A stretch of DNA of 64,000 nucleotides from Camelus dromedarius (GCF_036321535.1 NC_087436.1:67768001-67832000); one strand, 5' to 3'. Positions 39,604-52,810 are shown, numbered from the stretch's first letter. Notes: generated by a model not told the origin, from the letters alone. Made by a program: numbers and translations.

Positions 39604-41807
39604 GACTGAAAAGTCCACCTGCATCAGTCACCAGCAAATTCTAGCACACTTACTATATTTGTGGTCCAGATGTGAGCCAACCATTTCAATCTACAGTTAC
39701 TATTGCATCTGGACCTTGTTTCTCAATCTCTTATTGGCAACACCTCATGCACTCTGTTTTAACCATCTTCATTTTGGCACCTCTCCAGTGTGATTTATGT
39801 TCTCCCCTTGAAATCTCAGGAAACATCCTCTCCTTTTAACTTAACCTGGGGCTCCCCTTCATGTGATGCTTGCCTCCCACATGGCTGCCTAAGTAGTACT
39901 CCAATCAGATTCTGTAGGTTCCTCCCACACCCCACCAACCCTGTAATATGAACAACGACAAACAGACAGAGGCTGGTCCTCGATAATGAAAACTCAAGTA
40001 TGGCAGACTTGGGACTACTCCAGGGAACTCCTATTGTAATTCAGTTCCTGAGGAATCCCTGAACCAAAGTCTTCAATCAGCTCCTTAGCAAAACTTAACC
40101 AATACATCCATGCATCCCTGTAGACACAGTCCTTCACTTCCCAGTTCTATAGCCTCCACTGCCCTACAGAAACAAAAAATACTTAATTTGGTAAATTGCA
40201 CTTATATTGCCCAGTCTCCTTAGGTGTATCCTTCTACTCTTCATCAATTTCCTCTATGAACGCCAGGACCTATAACTGACATTCTGTTCCTTTTATCCCA
40301 GATATATATTTCACCAACTAGCTGGAATAACTTGTTTTAGTTTCAGTTTCATTTTACTTAAACAGTACATTACTAAGTTGCTTTTAGTTTGTGTTGTTGT
40401 CAACCTTTTCTCGTCATACATTCTGCAGCTACAGTTGAGAATACTGAAATTTACTTTCATTAAAGCTTCAAAACCTAATTTCTGAACTACACTATAGAAT
40501 AGCATACTCACAATGGGACTGTGAGGGAGTCATTCAACAACTGAAATGCTCATCATGTAGGCTTTGTAGCTCCATGCTGAACATAAAATTCTTTGAAATG
40601 CTGAATTATACAGCTCTAGATTATAGTCTGTCTCCATCAGTTTCTTTCAATGAATGTGGAATTATTGACTCCACCTGGAGTCCTAACAGTTGAGGAAGTA
40701 ATTCAGTCTTTATAGTGAAAAACTATTAATGAGGTGATTTTTCCTATTTTGTGAAAAATGAAAAGAATAAATCCTTGCTTCTTGATTGTGGAGAAAGCCA
40801 GTTTTCCATTTTTTGTTTTTTTACATAAGACAATACACTAAACAGTGATATCCAAGCTATTTATATCTTTCATGTTACCCATTAGTGATTGAATAACAGG
40901 GTGAAAAGGTGTTGGATAATTCTTTTGAAAAAAAGCAGTCTAAAATGGCTGCCTTTCTATTAACAGTTGGATCAATATATTGATAGCTATATAAAATTAG
41001 GAATATGATTTTTCTATAAAGTTGCAATGAGTGTAATAGCTTCTTGACAGTATAATGATCAAACTATTTCTGCATATAAATTTGGCCAATATTTCAGTTC
41101 CACATTCTTCAGTTCTTCAAATAATTTCAATTTGAAAGAGACTAAACTCATGTAAAGCCAATTTGTAAATTATTTGGTGAATAACACAGACAAAAGTAAG
41201 TGATACATAAAACTACATATTATATTAGGTATTTGTATAGTACTTATTATATAATTGTATAATAATTAATACAATTAGATACCTCTGTAATAGTTTTAAG
41301 GGAGGTAAAGTCATAGATTTAGGCAATAGTGTGCTGATAAATGGATAAAGCTGGCTCTCCATAAAAAAATATGTATGCATGTGCATATACATATTATAAA
41401 CTTTACACCCAAAAAGTCTGTGCAGCACACAATATAGAGATAAAATATACAGTACTCTTCATTCTTAATTGCATATAACAGATTGATTTTCCCAATATGT
41501 TTTTTTATCGGTTTTTTCTAAATTCTTGTATCCATAGCCACTATACTTGTGAGGGATTAATGAATCTAATTCTGACAAATGTTGGAGGATATTTTTATTT
41601 ACCTTAATGAGCAAGATGAAAGCCAAACAAAGAAGACATGCATTGGAATGTCACTCTTATCAATGATGTTAAACACTTTGCTGAATTGGATACTATTTTT
41701 TCAAATAATGGAAGAACAGTATCTTATTCTTTAACAGCCAAAGTCACAACACACTTTTAAATTTCAACATCATTAACAGTTTTTCTATGGCTTTCACAAG
41801 TCTATAC

Positions 41808-41992
41808 CAGGGATTTTGCCAACTTCTTAAAGGACAGAATTTTATATAATTGAGGCTTGCTGGCCATATGATTTTTGTTGACTACTCAAATCTGTCACTG
41901 GAGCACAAGAGCAGCCAGCATGCCTAGGTTCCAGCTACACCGTATTTATAAGAACAGGCAGCTGGCCCGCAGGTGATAGTCTACTGGCCCCA
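41808..41992 (+). mobile_element. MER58A-like hAT-Charlie element
   Basis: cagggattttgccaac...ggccatatg...actactcaa...aacaggcagctggcccgcagg; flanks gtctatac / gtttagac are TSD-like. Confidence 0.75.
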
Positions 41993-42019
41993 GTTTAGAC
42001 AATGAATAAAACAGTAAAT

Positions 42020-42514
42020 CAAGTCCTGATTTGTAGAATTGCTAATTTCAGTGGTGTAAATACTCCCACCATGGCGAATCAAACTACCAAAGTGATTTCA
42101 CTGATAAGAGCTGAAAAGAGAGTTTCAGTGGCACAATGTCGTATGATGTTTCAAACAGACAGACACAGAAGGTAATGAAAAAGAATATGAAAATGAATGT
42201 ATGTATATATACGCAAGACCAGGACATGATGCTACACACCAGAAACTGACATATTGTAACTGACTATAGTTCAATGAAAAAAAATCCTTTCATCAAAAAA
42301 AAAGTATAGAGCATGGATGGAAAATAGTAAAGTTTAGTAACATAGTTGTGAAATAATATGTTTTCAGTATATATTATCTTTGTTTTTATTTTAGATATAT
42401 ATATATTCATATCTATATAGATATACATATATAACAAGCTTGTACTTGTAAAGTTCCTGAAAATTTAATAATCTGTTCTGAAAGCCAAGATGAGCCATCT
42501 CCAGAAAACACTGG
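42020..42514 (-). mobile_element. MER63-like hAT-Blackjack element interrupted by an L1 tail
   Basis: gtggtgtaaatactcccaccatgg and terminal cctgaaaatttaataatc...ctccagaaaacactgg match recalled MER63B/C. Confidence 0.75.
42170..42303 (+). mobile_element. Very short young L1 3' end nested in MER63
   Basis: gaatatgaaaatgaatgtatg...acaccagaaactgacatattgtaactgactatagttcaat plus A tail. Confidence 0.85.
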
Positions 42515-42879
42515 TTTTCATACTTTATAATATATAATATAAAAAGCAAATGTTTAAGTAGTCCAATACCTATAAACATTCCTTAGACACTGTTCTTAAA
42601 AATTTTGACAAATCCTATGTTCACTAGTTGATTTTCACCAGCTTATAAAAAATTATTAGTGTTAGTTGCACTGATAGTATCAGTAGATATAGATATTATT
42701 CTGAAGACAAACAAAAACTGGATATGTGCAAATAAAGTCAAACTTTAAACATTATGTATCTGTTATGATCTTTATGTCCTTCCAAAGTGAAAGAAAACTG
42801 CAGGGAAAAAGCACTGACCATTAATGAATAGTCTCATTAATTCTACTTTTGGTTTTGCAACTGATAAAATTTCACCTTT

Positions 42880-42990
42880 TGACATCTCCCCCATTCACAA
42901 GGTAAAGATAATGAGCCTTGCCATTTGCCTCCTTGACAAGAATTTTATAAGAATAAGTGAAATAATATCCAAACAGTGTGCTTACCTATT
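42880..42990 (+). mobile_element. MIR fragment
   Basis: cccattcacaaggtaaagataat...ataagaataagtgaaataat...gtgctta. Confidence 0.45.
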
Positions 42991-44519
42991 TAGTAAAAAG
43001 CCATTTTCCTACAAACAAAAAGACTTTTAAACTCCACGCACAAAATGACCTAGTATTATGGTTAAATTGTGGCACTGAATAGGTTTATTCAATTGGTTTA
43101 CTGTGAATACACAACAGGTAAGTCAGATGCTGATCTGTGCTGGCAATTCTGCTGACTCTATTCTAGTCTCTTCATGCCATCCCTTTGAGAGGAGACAGTA
43201 AGCATGATTTGACAGAGGGATCAGCATGGAAGTTGCATTATCTTTGACTCCTATACGTTAAACTTTGCCTTAGATGATCCTTCATGGACTGATCTTTCAG
43301 ATTAACTGCTGTAATTTGACTTTACAGGTTAAACATAAATGTGCCAACAATAGTCTGAGGTAGGATAATATTCGGTCTACATGCATGGGGAAATGAACAG
43401 ATCAACACAAAGCCCTATGTTTGCTGGCTGAAGAAAACACACAATCCAATATGAGTGTTTGTAAAATGATCTCCAGCTTATGTGAAAATGAATATATGAA
43501 AATCTATAAGGCAAGGGATATTCAATTTTCAGAAGTGAAGTGTAAAGAAGACTTTACTAAGAAAACAGGATGAAATATTTTGGTTTCTAAATCATTTCTT
43601 TGCCAGCTTCTATGTTTAGGGATTTATGGAACAATTCCTTCAATTCCAAATTCTATTAAGTTTCTTTGCAGAAAATGAAAAAAGCAAAGCAAAGACCCTG
43701 AAAGGAATTAAGAGAACTCAAGAAGGAAACGTGCATGGAATCAACTTTTTTTAACGTTTTTTCTCTTGTTTTAGTTTTTAGGCCTCTGCTAGAAAAGCCT
43801 CAAGGCAATCTGTTTTATAATAAATTTCTAATATCAGTACTGCCAAAGTAAATTTTTTTTGAAGTAGAGTTTAATATATTAATAGCATCAATAAAGTAGT
43901 CCCATTTATTAAAAAAATAAAAATTTTATAATATGCAGGTGAATGGGTGGATATACTCTCAAAAAGTCTTCTGAGAAGCTCAAATTCAATCTAATGTGAT
44001 CAACGTGATATCCTGAAATAGATTAACTTTTTCATATCTTTGCAAAAAGCAAAGTAAATTCTGATTAGAAGAAAATTGCATTAATCCAATTCATTTAGGA
44101 AATCTGAGATGATCTGATAATACATCTTGTTTTTGTGCCCTTAGGAGAAAATTTGTGTGTAAATATGTATTGTCTATCTCTAAAATAATAAGGCCATAGG
44201 TTTATATAATATTATTTCATCTAAAAAGGCAAAATAATTTATTTGTATTGCTATTCTGACTATTGCCTTTATATTTTAAATTGCAAATTATCATTTTAAC
44301 TTATTTCTGGTAGGCAATTATTTGATATCTCTTAATAGAGCTAAATAGTATCACAGCGATAATGAGGCTTAATTTGGTCAGTATGTATCTGGGACAAGTA
44401 ACTTTGTTTTTCATTCATGTCAACAAGCTCTAGTCATCCCCTCAGATCCACACAGTAATGGTAAGAGTAATGATGAACAGCACAAATTTTCACAAAATGC
44501 TCAACTTTTAAATTCCGTT

Positions 44520-44691
44520 ACTCTCTAGCCTACTGTATTGTGATATTTTCTTTGGATATAAAAAATAACCAATGCCAAACCATAGCCCAGGTCAACTGAA
44601 AGAAAATCTCTGATGGAGGAGTCCATATATCTGATTCCTTTTTAATCTTCTAGAAATGATTACAATATGCAACCAGTGATGAAAACTACTG
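44520..44691. mobile_element. MER5A-like element
   Basis: cccaggtcaactgaaagaaaatctctg...tgattacaatatgcaaccagtgatgaaaactactg. Confidence 0.55.
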
Positions 44692-44906
44692 TATTGGCCC
44701 TACCAATAGTTGGTTCACATATATGCAATAAATGGCATGCAACAAAATATGGATATTTTCAGAAATGAACTGATTAAGACTTCAGCATTAAATGCCTAAC
44801 ATGTTTGTATTTCTGCCAAAAATGATGATGATATGCTGTTTTTCTGAAATCATTTCTTAAGTATATCATGGGGAATACAAAAGTGCAAATGTTTTCCCAG
44901 TTTCAC

Positions 44907-45012
44907 AAATCAGTTTGGTTCCTGAGGCAGAAATGGCTCTTTCCACCAAATATGTGTGTAAATCAATTTGGTTCCTGAGGCAGAAATGGCTCTTTCCACC
45001 AAATATGTATGT
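44907..45012 (+). repeat. Tandem duplication, 2 x 53 bp
   Basis: aaatca(g/a)tttggttcctgaggcagaaatggctctttccaccaaatatgt(g/a)tgt occurs twice with 2 mismatches. Confidence 0.95.
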
Positions 45013-45410
45013 ACAACTATATATTGCAGAGTCACTGCTAGGAAATGCCCAATCAGGAACCACATTTCCTAACTCCTCTTCCTTCCCTTACCATCTTAAA
45101 TCTAGAATGAGCCAGATGACCAGCTTCTACCAATGGAAAGGAAGTTCAAGTAATATATGCCTCTGATCCAAAGTAGGTAACCTAGGGGTTTGTTTTGTAT
45201 ACTTCCTCTTCCCCTATCTGTGGCCAGATGCAGTGGTCCTAGATAATTGAAGCCCAGTAGGTTGGAAAAAAAGGGAGTCCCCAAATAACCAGAGACAGCC
45301 ACTCAGAGAATAGAAGAGTCACTTGGATTTTTAACTGAGCAAGAAATGAACATACCTACTTATGTTATTGAGATTTGGGGCTTTTTGTAAAAGCAGTTCA
45401 TAGTCCCTTA
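44915..45410 (+). mobile_element. MLT1H/I-like MaLR LTR
   Basis: cacatttcct...gccagatgaccagcttctaccaatgga...tgagcaagaaatgaac...ttgagatttgggg..tttgtaaaagcag. Confidence 0.65.
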
Positions 45411-45859
45411 ATGAAGAGTCCCTAAATGATGGTTATAGAGCTATTATCTTTCCAACCTTGGATTTCCTTTGTCAACAAGCAATTTTATTAAATATTGTCA
45501 AGAAGTTTATAAAATCTAAACCTCAAATTGACTGAAAAGGCAATTAAAGTTATATACACAAAGTAATTAACTTTTCCTAATTTTCTTTAGAGTAATGAAG
45601 TGATTTATATTAGATAACTTAAAACCCTATATATGTAACAAAACTCTATTACAACTTTTATATATATATTCATGTTCTACCTGATTATCTTAGATACACA
45701 TATATATTATGCATATTATGCTGCTCATAAGCTTCTTGGAGTTTTTTAATTTTTAAAAATTTAAGTATTTTTTAATTTATAAAAGAAATGTGTTTATTTT
45801 AGAAAACAAAATAAACAGATAAATTTACAAATAATTTTAGACTTTGATAGGTGAAGAAT

Positions 45860-48592
45860 GCCAAATTTTTTAAAGCACCAAGAGAAAAAACAAGTTGTTA
45901 TGTACAAGGGAATCCCCATAAGACTATCAGATTTTTCAGCAAAAAGTTCGCATACCAGAAGGGAGTATCATGATACATTCAAAGAGCTGAAAGAAAAAAA
46001 ATTACCAAGAATACTCTGCCCAACAAAACTGTCCTCCAGTGAGAAAAGAGAGTTTTCCAGACAAGCAAAGTTCTGAAGGAGTTCAGAAGTTCAGAACCAC
46101 TAGACTGGCCTTAGACAAGAAAGGTTAGAAAGACTTCATTAAGCTGAAATGCATAGGGAATTATATTCAGTATCATGTAGTAACTTACGGTGAAAGAGAA
46201 TATGAAAACAAATATCTGTATGTTCAGGTATGACAGAAGCATTATGCTGTACACCAGAAATTGACACAACATTGTAAACTGACTATATTTTTTTTTCAAA
46301 AAATAAATAAAAGTATAACTCATGGGGGGAAAACTGAAATGAAAGGATACTAATTACTAACAGGAAAACTTACGAAAGGATAAATCTTGGTGGTAAAGGA
46401 AAATATATAGTTAATTTCAGAATAATCTAAAGTTGTAATGGTGGTAGGTTAGTCACTTACAAATCTAGTATAAAGGCTGAAAGATGAAAACAGTAAAAAT
46501 AACTAACTACAAAAATTTGTTAAAAGATGCACAAGATAAAAATATATAAATTGGGACTCCAGAAACAAATGTGAGGGGATGGTAAAAATGTAGAGCTTTA
46601 GAATGCATTCAAACTTAAATTGGTATCAAGTTAAAATAGACTGTTATATCTTATTTAAGACTCATGGGACTCACAAAGCAAAAACATACACTTGATAAAC
46701 AAAAGAGAAAGATAAAGAAATCAAAGAACACCAGTGCAGAAAAGCATCAAATCACAAGGGAAGAAAGCAAGAGAAGAAGAAAGGAATTACCAAACACTAA
46801 CAAAATAGTTAAAATGCAATAAGGCCATAGCTATCAATAATTACTTTACGTTTAAGTAACTGTTTTCCAATCAAAATACATAAAAGACACTCAATTAAGC
46901 TTTAAGGACACACATAGATTGAAAAATCAAGAAGTGGAAAAAGATATTCTATGCAAATGGAAACCAAAGGAAAGTGGGGATATTTAACACTTATATCAGA
47001 CAAATAGATATTAAGACAAAGACTGAAATAAAAGACAAGAGATAAGTAATAAAAAACGTCAATATAACAAGATAATATAACATTTGTAAATTTTTATGTA
47101 CCCAACATGAAAGCATCTAAATACATTAACCAAATATTAATCACCAAAAGTGAGAAATAGACTGCAGTACAATAATAGTAGGAGACTTCAATACTCCATT
47201 TTTATCAATGGATAGATCATCTAGACATAAAATCAACAAGGAAACACTGGACTTGTACCATACTTTTGATCAATAAACTTAGCAGACATACACAGAACAT
47301 TCCATCCAATAGCAGCAGAATATACATGAAGTACACATGGAACGTTCTCCAAGATAGAGCATATGTCAATCCACAAAACAAGTCTCAATAAATTTAAGAA
47401 GACTGAAATCATATCAAGCATCTTTTCTGACCATAATGGTATGAAACTAGAAATCAATGACAAGAAGAAAACTGGAAAATTTGCAAATATGTGGAGAGTA
47501 AACACCATGATGCTGAACAAAAATGGGAAAAAAATCAAAATTGAGTGATTAAAATACATCTGAAGAAAAATATAAATGAAAATATACAAAAACTTATGGA
47601 ATGCAGCAAAATCAGTTCTAGGAGGGAAGCTCATAGTAATAAATTCCTAAGTTAAGAGCAAGAAAGATCTCAAATAAACAACCTAGCTTTACACTCCAAG
47701 GAACAGAAAAAAAAATCTCAGCCCAATATTAGAAGAAAGAAAATAACAAAGATCAGGGTAGAAAAAAATGAAATAGATACTAAAGACAACAGAAAAAATT
47801 AAAAAAACTAAGACCTACTTTTTTCAAACAATAGAAATGAATTAACAGATCGTAAGCCAGATTCAACACGAAAAAAAGAGAAAAGACTCAAATGAAAATC
47901 ACAAATGACAGAGGAGGCATTACAACTAATATGACAGAAATACAATGGCTCTTAAGAATCTACTATGAACAACTGTACACCAACAAATTGTACAACCAAG
48001 AAGATGCATATAAATTTCTAGAAATATACAACCTACAAATGTTGAATTAGGGGGAAATAGGAAGTTTCAACAGACTGATTACTAATAAAGAGATTGAATC
48101 ACTAATCAAAAATCTCCAAACAAATAAAATTCCAGGACCAAATGGCTTTACTAGAGAATTCCAACTAACATTTAAAGAGCAATAAATATCAACCTTTATT
48201 GAATTCTTCCAAAGCAGGAAAAAAAAAAGTAGAAAAAGGCCAAATTTATTTTACAACATGTATTATGCTGATATCAAAACCAGACAGGAATAACATACAA
48301 GAAAATTACAGGCCAATATCCCTAATGAACACAGATGCAAATATTTTTAGCAAAATCTAGCACATCAAAGTAAGATTCCTCTGCACAGCTAAAGAAACCA
48401 TCAACAACATAAAAGGCAACCATCTGCACAGAAGATATCTGCAAATAATGTATCAGAAAAAGGGGTAATATCGAAAATATATAAAGAACTCATATGATTC
48501 AATAGCAAAAAACCCAAATAAATGGTTACCTGAGGTATGGTAGGGGTAATGGGGATTGGTGAAATGGGTAAAGTTGGTCAAATGGTTTAAAA
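45860..48592 (+). mobile_element. Decayed LINE-1 (ORF1 3' half, ORF2 endonuclease region, internally deleted 3' half)
   Basis: ORF 45858 (YKGIPIRLSDFS) is L1 ORF1; ORF 47363 (HKTSLNKFKKTEIISSIFSDHNGMKLEIN) is the L1 endonuclease C-terminus. Collinear with 16060-18270. Confidence 0.93.
46152..46330 (+). mobile_element. Short young L1 3' end nested in an older L1
   Basis: Camelid-type tail acaccagaaattgacacaacattgtaaactgactat; TSD aagctgaaatg (46141-46151) / aaactgaaatg (46331-46341). Confidence 0.92.
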
Positions 48593-48919
48593 GCACCCCT
48601 CCCCCCCAAAAAAAATACCAAATTTATTTGTAAGTGTAATCAGAGAAAAGTAGAAAACAAGTATATAAGTTCTAAACTTACTGAAACTTACACATGTATA
48701 GTAAGGAAAAATCATTGAATTAATATGAAAGATGTTGGAATGGTAAAAAAAAAAAGTAAGATATGGGACAAATTATTATACTTATATAGTGCTTATTTTG
48801 GGCAAGGAACTTATCTAGAATCTTTATAAATATTAAAATTCAAGATAGGGTAGTAGATACAGATCCAAATATACCAAAAATTTCCGTAAGTGTTCATGAA
48901 ATAAATGCTTCCATTAAGA

Positions 48920-49470
48920 AACTATGTATGTTTAGAAATTAAGACTCACATCTAAATAAAACACAAAGAAAACATAGAAAATACTAAACAATGAGTTATA
49001 AAGATATAATACACCACTGTGTGCAGAAGATGACTAAATCACTTGATAAAAGGTATTTTATACTCTCAAATAATTTTTCTGAAATAAACAGAGGTTAAAG
49101 CTTAATGAAAATATAAAAAGTTAGGGAAAAAACAGCTGAACAGTCTCAAAGAACATAAAATGTGAGAAACAATGAGGATAGTAGCAGAAATTAATCATTT
49201 TTAAATGCAAATTTACACTACAGATGTATAATAGTATCAAAATTTGAAAAAGACAAATAAAAGGGACAAACCTTAAAGTTGATAATACAGGAAAGAAAGG
49301 ATGCATAATAACCAAAATCAGGATTGAAGAGGGAGACAGCATTGCAGATGCAACAAAAACTGGAAGCAATAAAATCATTTACAGTCTCATGACCAAAAGA
49401 TGACAATTTACATAATGAAAAAAATCCTTGATGAGTAAAATTAACAAAATTAACTCAAAAATAAATATGT
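48920..49470 (+). mobile_element. Ancient L1M ORF2 fragment
   Basis: A-rich, with degenerate motifs such as accaaaatcaggattgaagagggagacagcattgcagatgcaaca. Confidence 0.55.
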
Positions 49471-49799
49471 CACCTGAACAATTTCAAGCATTCAGTGCTT
49501 TGACTCAGTTGTCAAATATCTTCCCTGAAAAAAAAAAAAAAAAAAGACAGACCCTTCCTTCCCCTTCCCTTCACATGTTGTATTATCCCTGGTGGTCAAA
49601 TACTCAAAGAATGTTCTAGAAGATAAGACGGTGTCAGAGTAGTAGACTTTGAGAATGAGAAATACATTTTTATTTTATTACATTTCTAAGATTTGGTGTT
49701 CATTTATTAGAGAAAAATCTGTATCTTGCTTAACTTACTAGTATTCTGGTTCCTGTAGAATTCATTCTCTAGGTGATATAAAAGTAGTACAGGTGTGCA

Positions 49800-50202
49800 T
49801 ACTGTGTCAAAGAAGCCCAATATTATTTTCAGGAAAATCACATTCTCTTACAGATTTCTGATCTTCCATTTTTAGAATGGTTTCTCATTCTCATGTTTGC
49901 GAGATGATAGCTGGTATTCCAGCTGTCATAACTGCATCTTAGATAAAGGAAACTATATATAAAACTGGAAAAGGCCATAGGGAAAGGCCAATAAATCTTT
50001 AAAGAGATTTTAAGAAAATTCCACCCAATGATTTTCTTTTAAATTACAATGGCCCAAACATTGCGTGGCCACATTTATCTGTTTAGGAGACACAAAAATG
50101 CTATATTCCAGCTAGGCACATTTTTCCATCCAAAGAAAATTGTGACTTACTGTGAAGAAGAGGGGAATGAATTCTGGATAGGCCAATGAACAGTCTGGGC
50201 CA
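49800..50202 (-). mobile_element. MLT1J-like MaLR LTR
   Basis: ggcccaaacattgcgtggccaca...gctaggcacat...gaagaggggaatgaattctggataggc...cagtctgggcca. Confidence 0.6.
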
Positions 50203-50310
50203 ATGGCACTTTCTAACATGTATTGAAATGCATCCTTCAAGAAAGACTATTAATCATCTTCGCTTCATCAGTGATTTGGCAGATGGCATACATTAAAAAT
50301 TAAAGAGAAT

Positions 50311-51050
50311 GTGGCCAAGATGGAAGACCTTGAGCTCACCTCCTCTCAAGGGCACATCAAAATTACAACTATCTACAGAGCAACTATCTATGATAAAGAT
50401 CTGAAAACTATCAGAAAAGATATTCCACAACTAAAAATATGAAGAAGGAACAACAAGTCAAACAGAAGAGGGAGAGACACAATATAGTCACAACCCACAT
50501 CCTCAGGTAGGCAACCTACAAATGTCAGATAATCACAACTGCAGAGGTCCTTCCCAAGGAGTGAGAGGTCTGACCCCCCACATCAGGCTCCCCAGCTTTA
50601 GAGCCCAGCACAGGGAAGATGAGACCGCAGAACATCTGGCTTTGAAGGTCGGTGGAGCTTGCTTACAGGAGCACTGAAGGCTATAGGTGCACACAAAGTC
50701 TCACATGTTACAAGTTCAAACAGAGACAGTAATTTCAAAGAAGTCTGGGGTAGACTCACGTGCTGGTCTTAAAGAGCCTCCTGGGGAGGCGAGAGGCAAC
50801 TGGAGTTCTCCCTGGGGACAGAGACTTTGGAGGCAGCCATTTTTGCTACATCCACCAGCAAACCTGCACAAGTCTTCACCCTGGCCAAGACCTTACCCTG
50901 GCCACCAGCAGGATGTCACCAGTCACGGGACCCCTGTGTCACATAGCCAGCTGCCCTGGGACCTAGCCCTGCCTACCAGCAAATCAGCAGCAACCGCGTA
51001 AGGAAGAATGTAGCAAAAAACTGAGCTAGGGGTCAGCCCTGGCTACAAGC
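50311..51050 (+). mobile_element. Isolated L1 5'UTR
   Basis: ccaagatgg...gaccttgagctcacctcctctcaagggcacatcaaaattacaact...aacatctggctttgaagg...ggaggcagccatttt resembles recalled laurasiatherian L1 5' ends. No ORF1 follows. Confidence 0.75.
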
Positions 51051-52199
51051 ACACCCATAATATTTAATAGGTCAATTTAATAACAACTGAGATAATAAGG
51101 TTTATTGCATAATAGTGTCTACTATGAGGAAATTTTATATTTATTTCTAATTTATAGCCACATGCTCCAACTTGTGACACAAATTTATTTGTTCTTTGTA
51201 TATTCTCAGTGGAGTAAGTAAACAAGTGCTCTCACTGTTAGAAAAAGCAAAACCATCATTCATTCAAATAAAACAGTAAATATTCATACAATAGCGACCT
51301 TACTTTTGTATACACAGAGTGAACAACATCAGTAGGAAGACAATAGTTATCTTCCCATTATACTTGTTTTTCAAAAATTAACTCCATAAAAAGTCTAAAG
51401 TTGCTAAATAAACACAAATAAAAATAGGTTCATGGAGTGGAAAGGGTAGACACAACCATTTCTAATAGGGTAGAAGAGTCAGCAATCTCTAAAAACTTAT
51501 CCATCCTCTTGGACCCAGGGGATGTTCAGGTAATTGAAAAAGAACACAATAATACTGGGTTTCTAATGGCTCAGCAATGCTGCATACGTGAAAACACTGA
51601 AACTCTTGTTAATTATGGTACATTGCTTAGTGAGCATAAACATAATGGCAGGTCTTCACAGCTTCTAAAGATTTTTTGTCATGCTTTTACATAGAATGAA
51701 GGAGAATTTTATGTATAGTTTTAGAATTGTAATTCACCATTTAATTTATATATTTGCCTCCCGCAATAAAAATCAAGCTAATCAATTTAGTTTCTGACAA
51801 TGTAATCTATTTTCCACATTCATGCATAATCCTCTTTTTTTTTTCCAGAATCCATTTTAATATAGGTTACATTAATTGAAATCCATGGGATTAATCACAA
51901 GAAATCCCTGGACACTTGCTAGCTTTGGTGACATTCTCCAGAAACAACAAGCTCATGCTTGGATGGTTGTTAACTATTTTGAGTATATTCATTCCAAATT
52001 TTTTTTTAACAGAATTACTGAAAAAATCACTAGTGTCTAATTAAAGATGAGACAAAAATTGGAGATTTTTTCAGATTAATACCTATACAAAAAAAAAAAA
52101 TGAAGAACCAGGTGGAGGAAGAGGTGAAATCATGAAAAGAGAAGATGCAAAAACATGGAAGCAGAAAATAAATGACAAAATATCTGGGAAAGGTCTGTG

Positions 52200-52460
52200 T
52201 CTAAAGGCTATGAAGCAGCAGAAGCATTAAAGTAAATGAATGAAGAGAAAAACTTAAGAGAAATTTAACATTATTCTATGGCTTAAGACTACAGAGAATA
52301 AAGGTAGTCACCATGGGCAAAGTCTAGAGAGTTTAGAATGGACCAGAGAACACAGAATTGAACTTGAGTAAGTTACTGGTGAACTTTTTGAAGGTACTTT
52401 GGGTATAGCAGAGTATACAGGTCAGTGAAGTTCAAAGAAAACAATATAGGAGCTGTTGGC
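52200..52460 (-). mobile_element. Degenerate L2 fragment
   Basis: aagttactggtgaactttttgaaggtactttggg resembles an antisense L2 motif. Confidence 0.35.
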
Positions 52461-52810
52461 AGAGCCTTAGAGGTGATGGTCATAGACAAGTGGAGGCTTG
52501 AAAGTTGAAGACAGAGTGATGATGACAACTAAGGCACTGAAAAACAATTTACCCTGAAGAAAAAAGAGTTAGGGAAGTTTCTGCTCAGAGTGCTTTTGTT
52601 CTTTTTGACACTCAGTGGTTAAAATATGTAACAATCTATAGAATATGTACTAATAAAAATATTACAAAAACACATTTTAATTTATCAAAACTTTATTCTA
52701 AGTATAAAAAAAGAATCTTCTCATACCTGTCATTTAGGCAAGGAGTTATGTTTGACATGTGATTCAGAATAGAATGCATATAGCTAAATGAATGTTTATA
52801 TGGGCATCTA

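Noticed and set aside
39860..40148. Possible ancient minus-strand LTR ending gccctaca
   Set aside because: Too degenerate to assign a family or boundaries by eye.
43083..43365. Plus-strand donor cag|gtaagt and a nearby 32-nt pseudo-exon
   Set aside because: Weak partner sites and lengths not divisible by 3; expected by chance in 64 kb.
44907..45012. Direct repeats as a possible CRISPR-like array
   Set aside because: Only two abutting units with no spacers, in a mammalian genome.
47233..47634. 133-aa hydrophobic minus-strand ORF
   Set aside because: Antisense translation of A-rich L1 ORF2; the hydrophobicity reflects T-rich codons.
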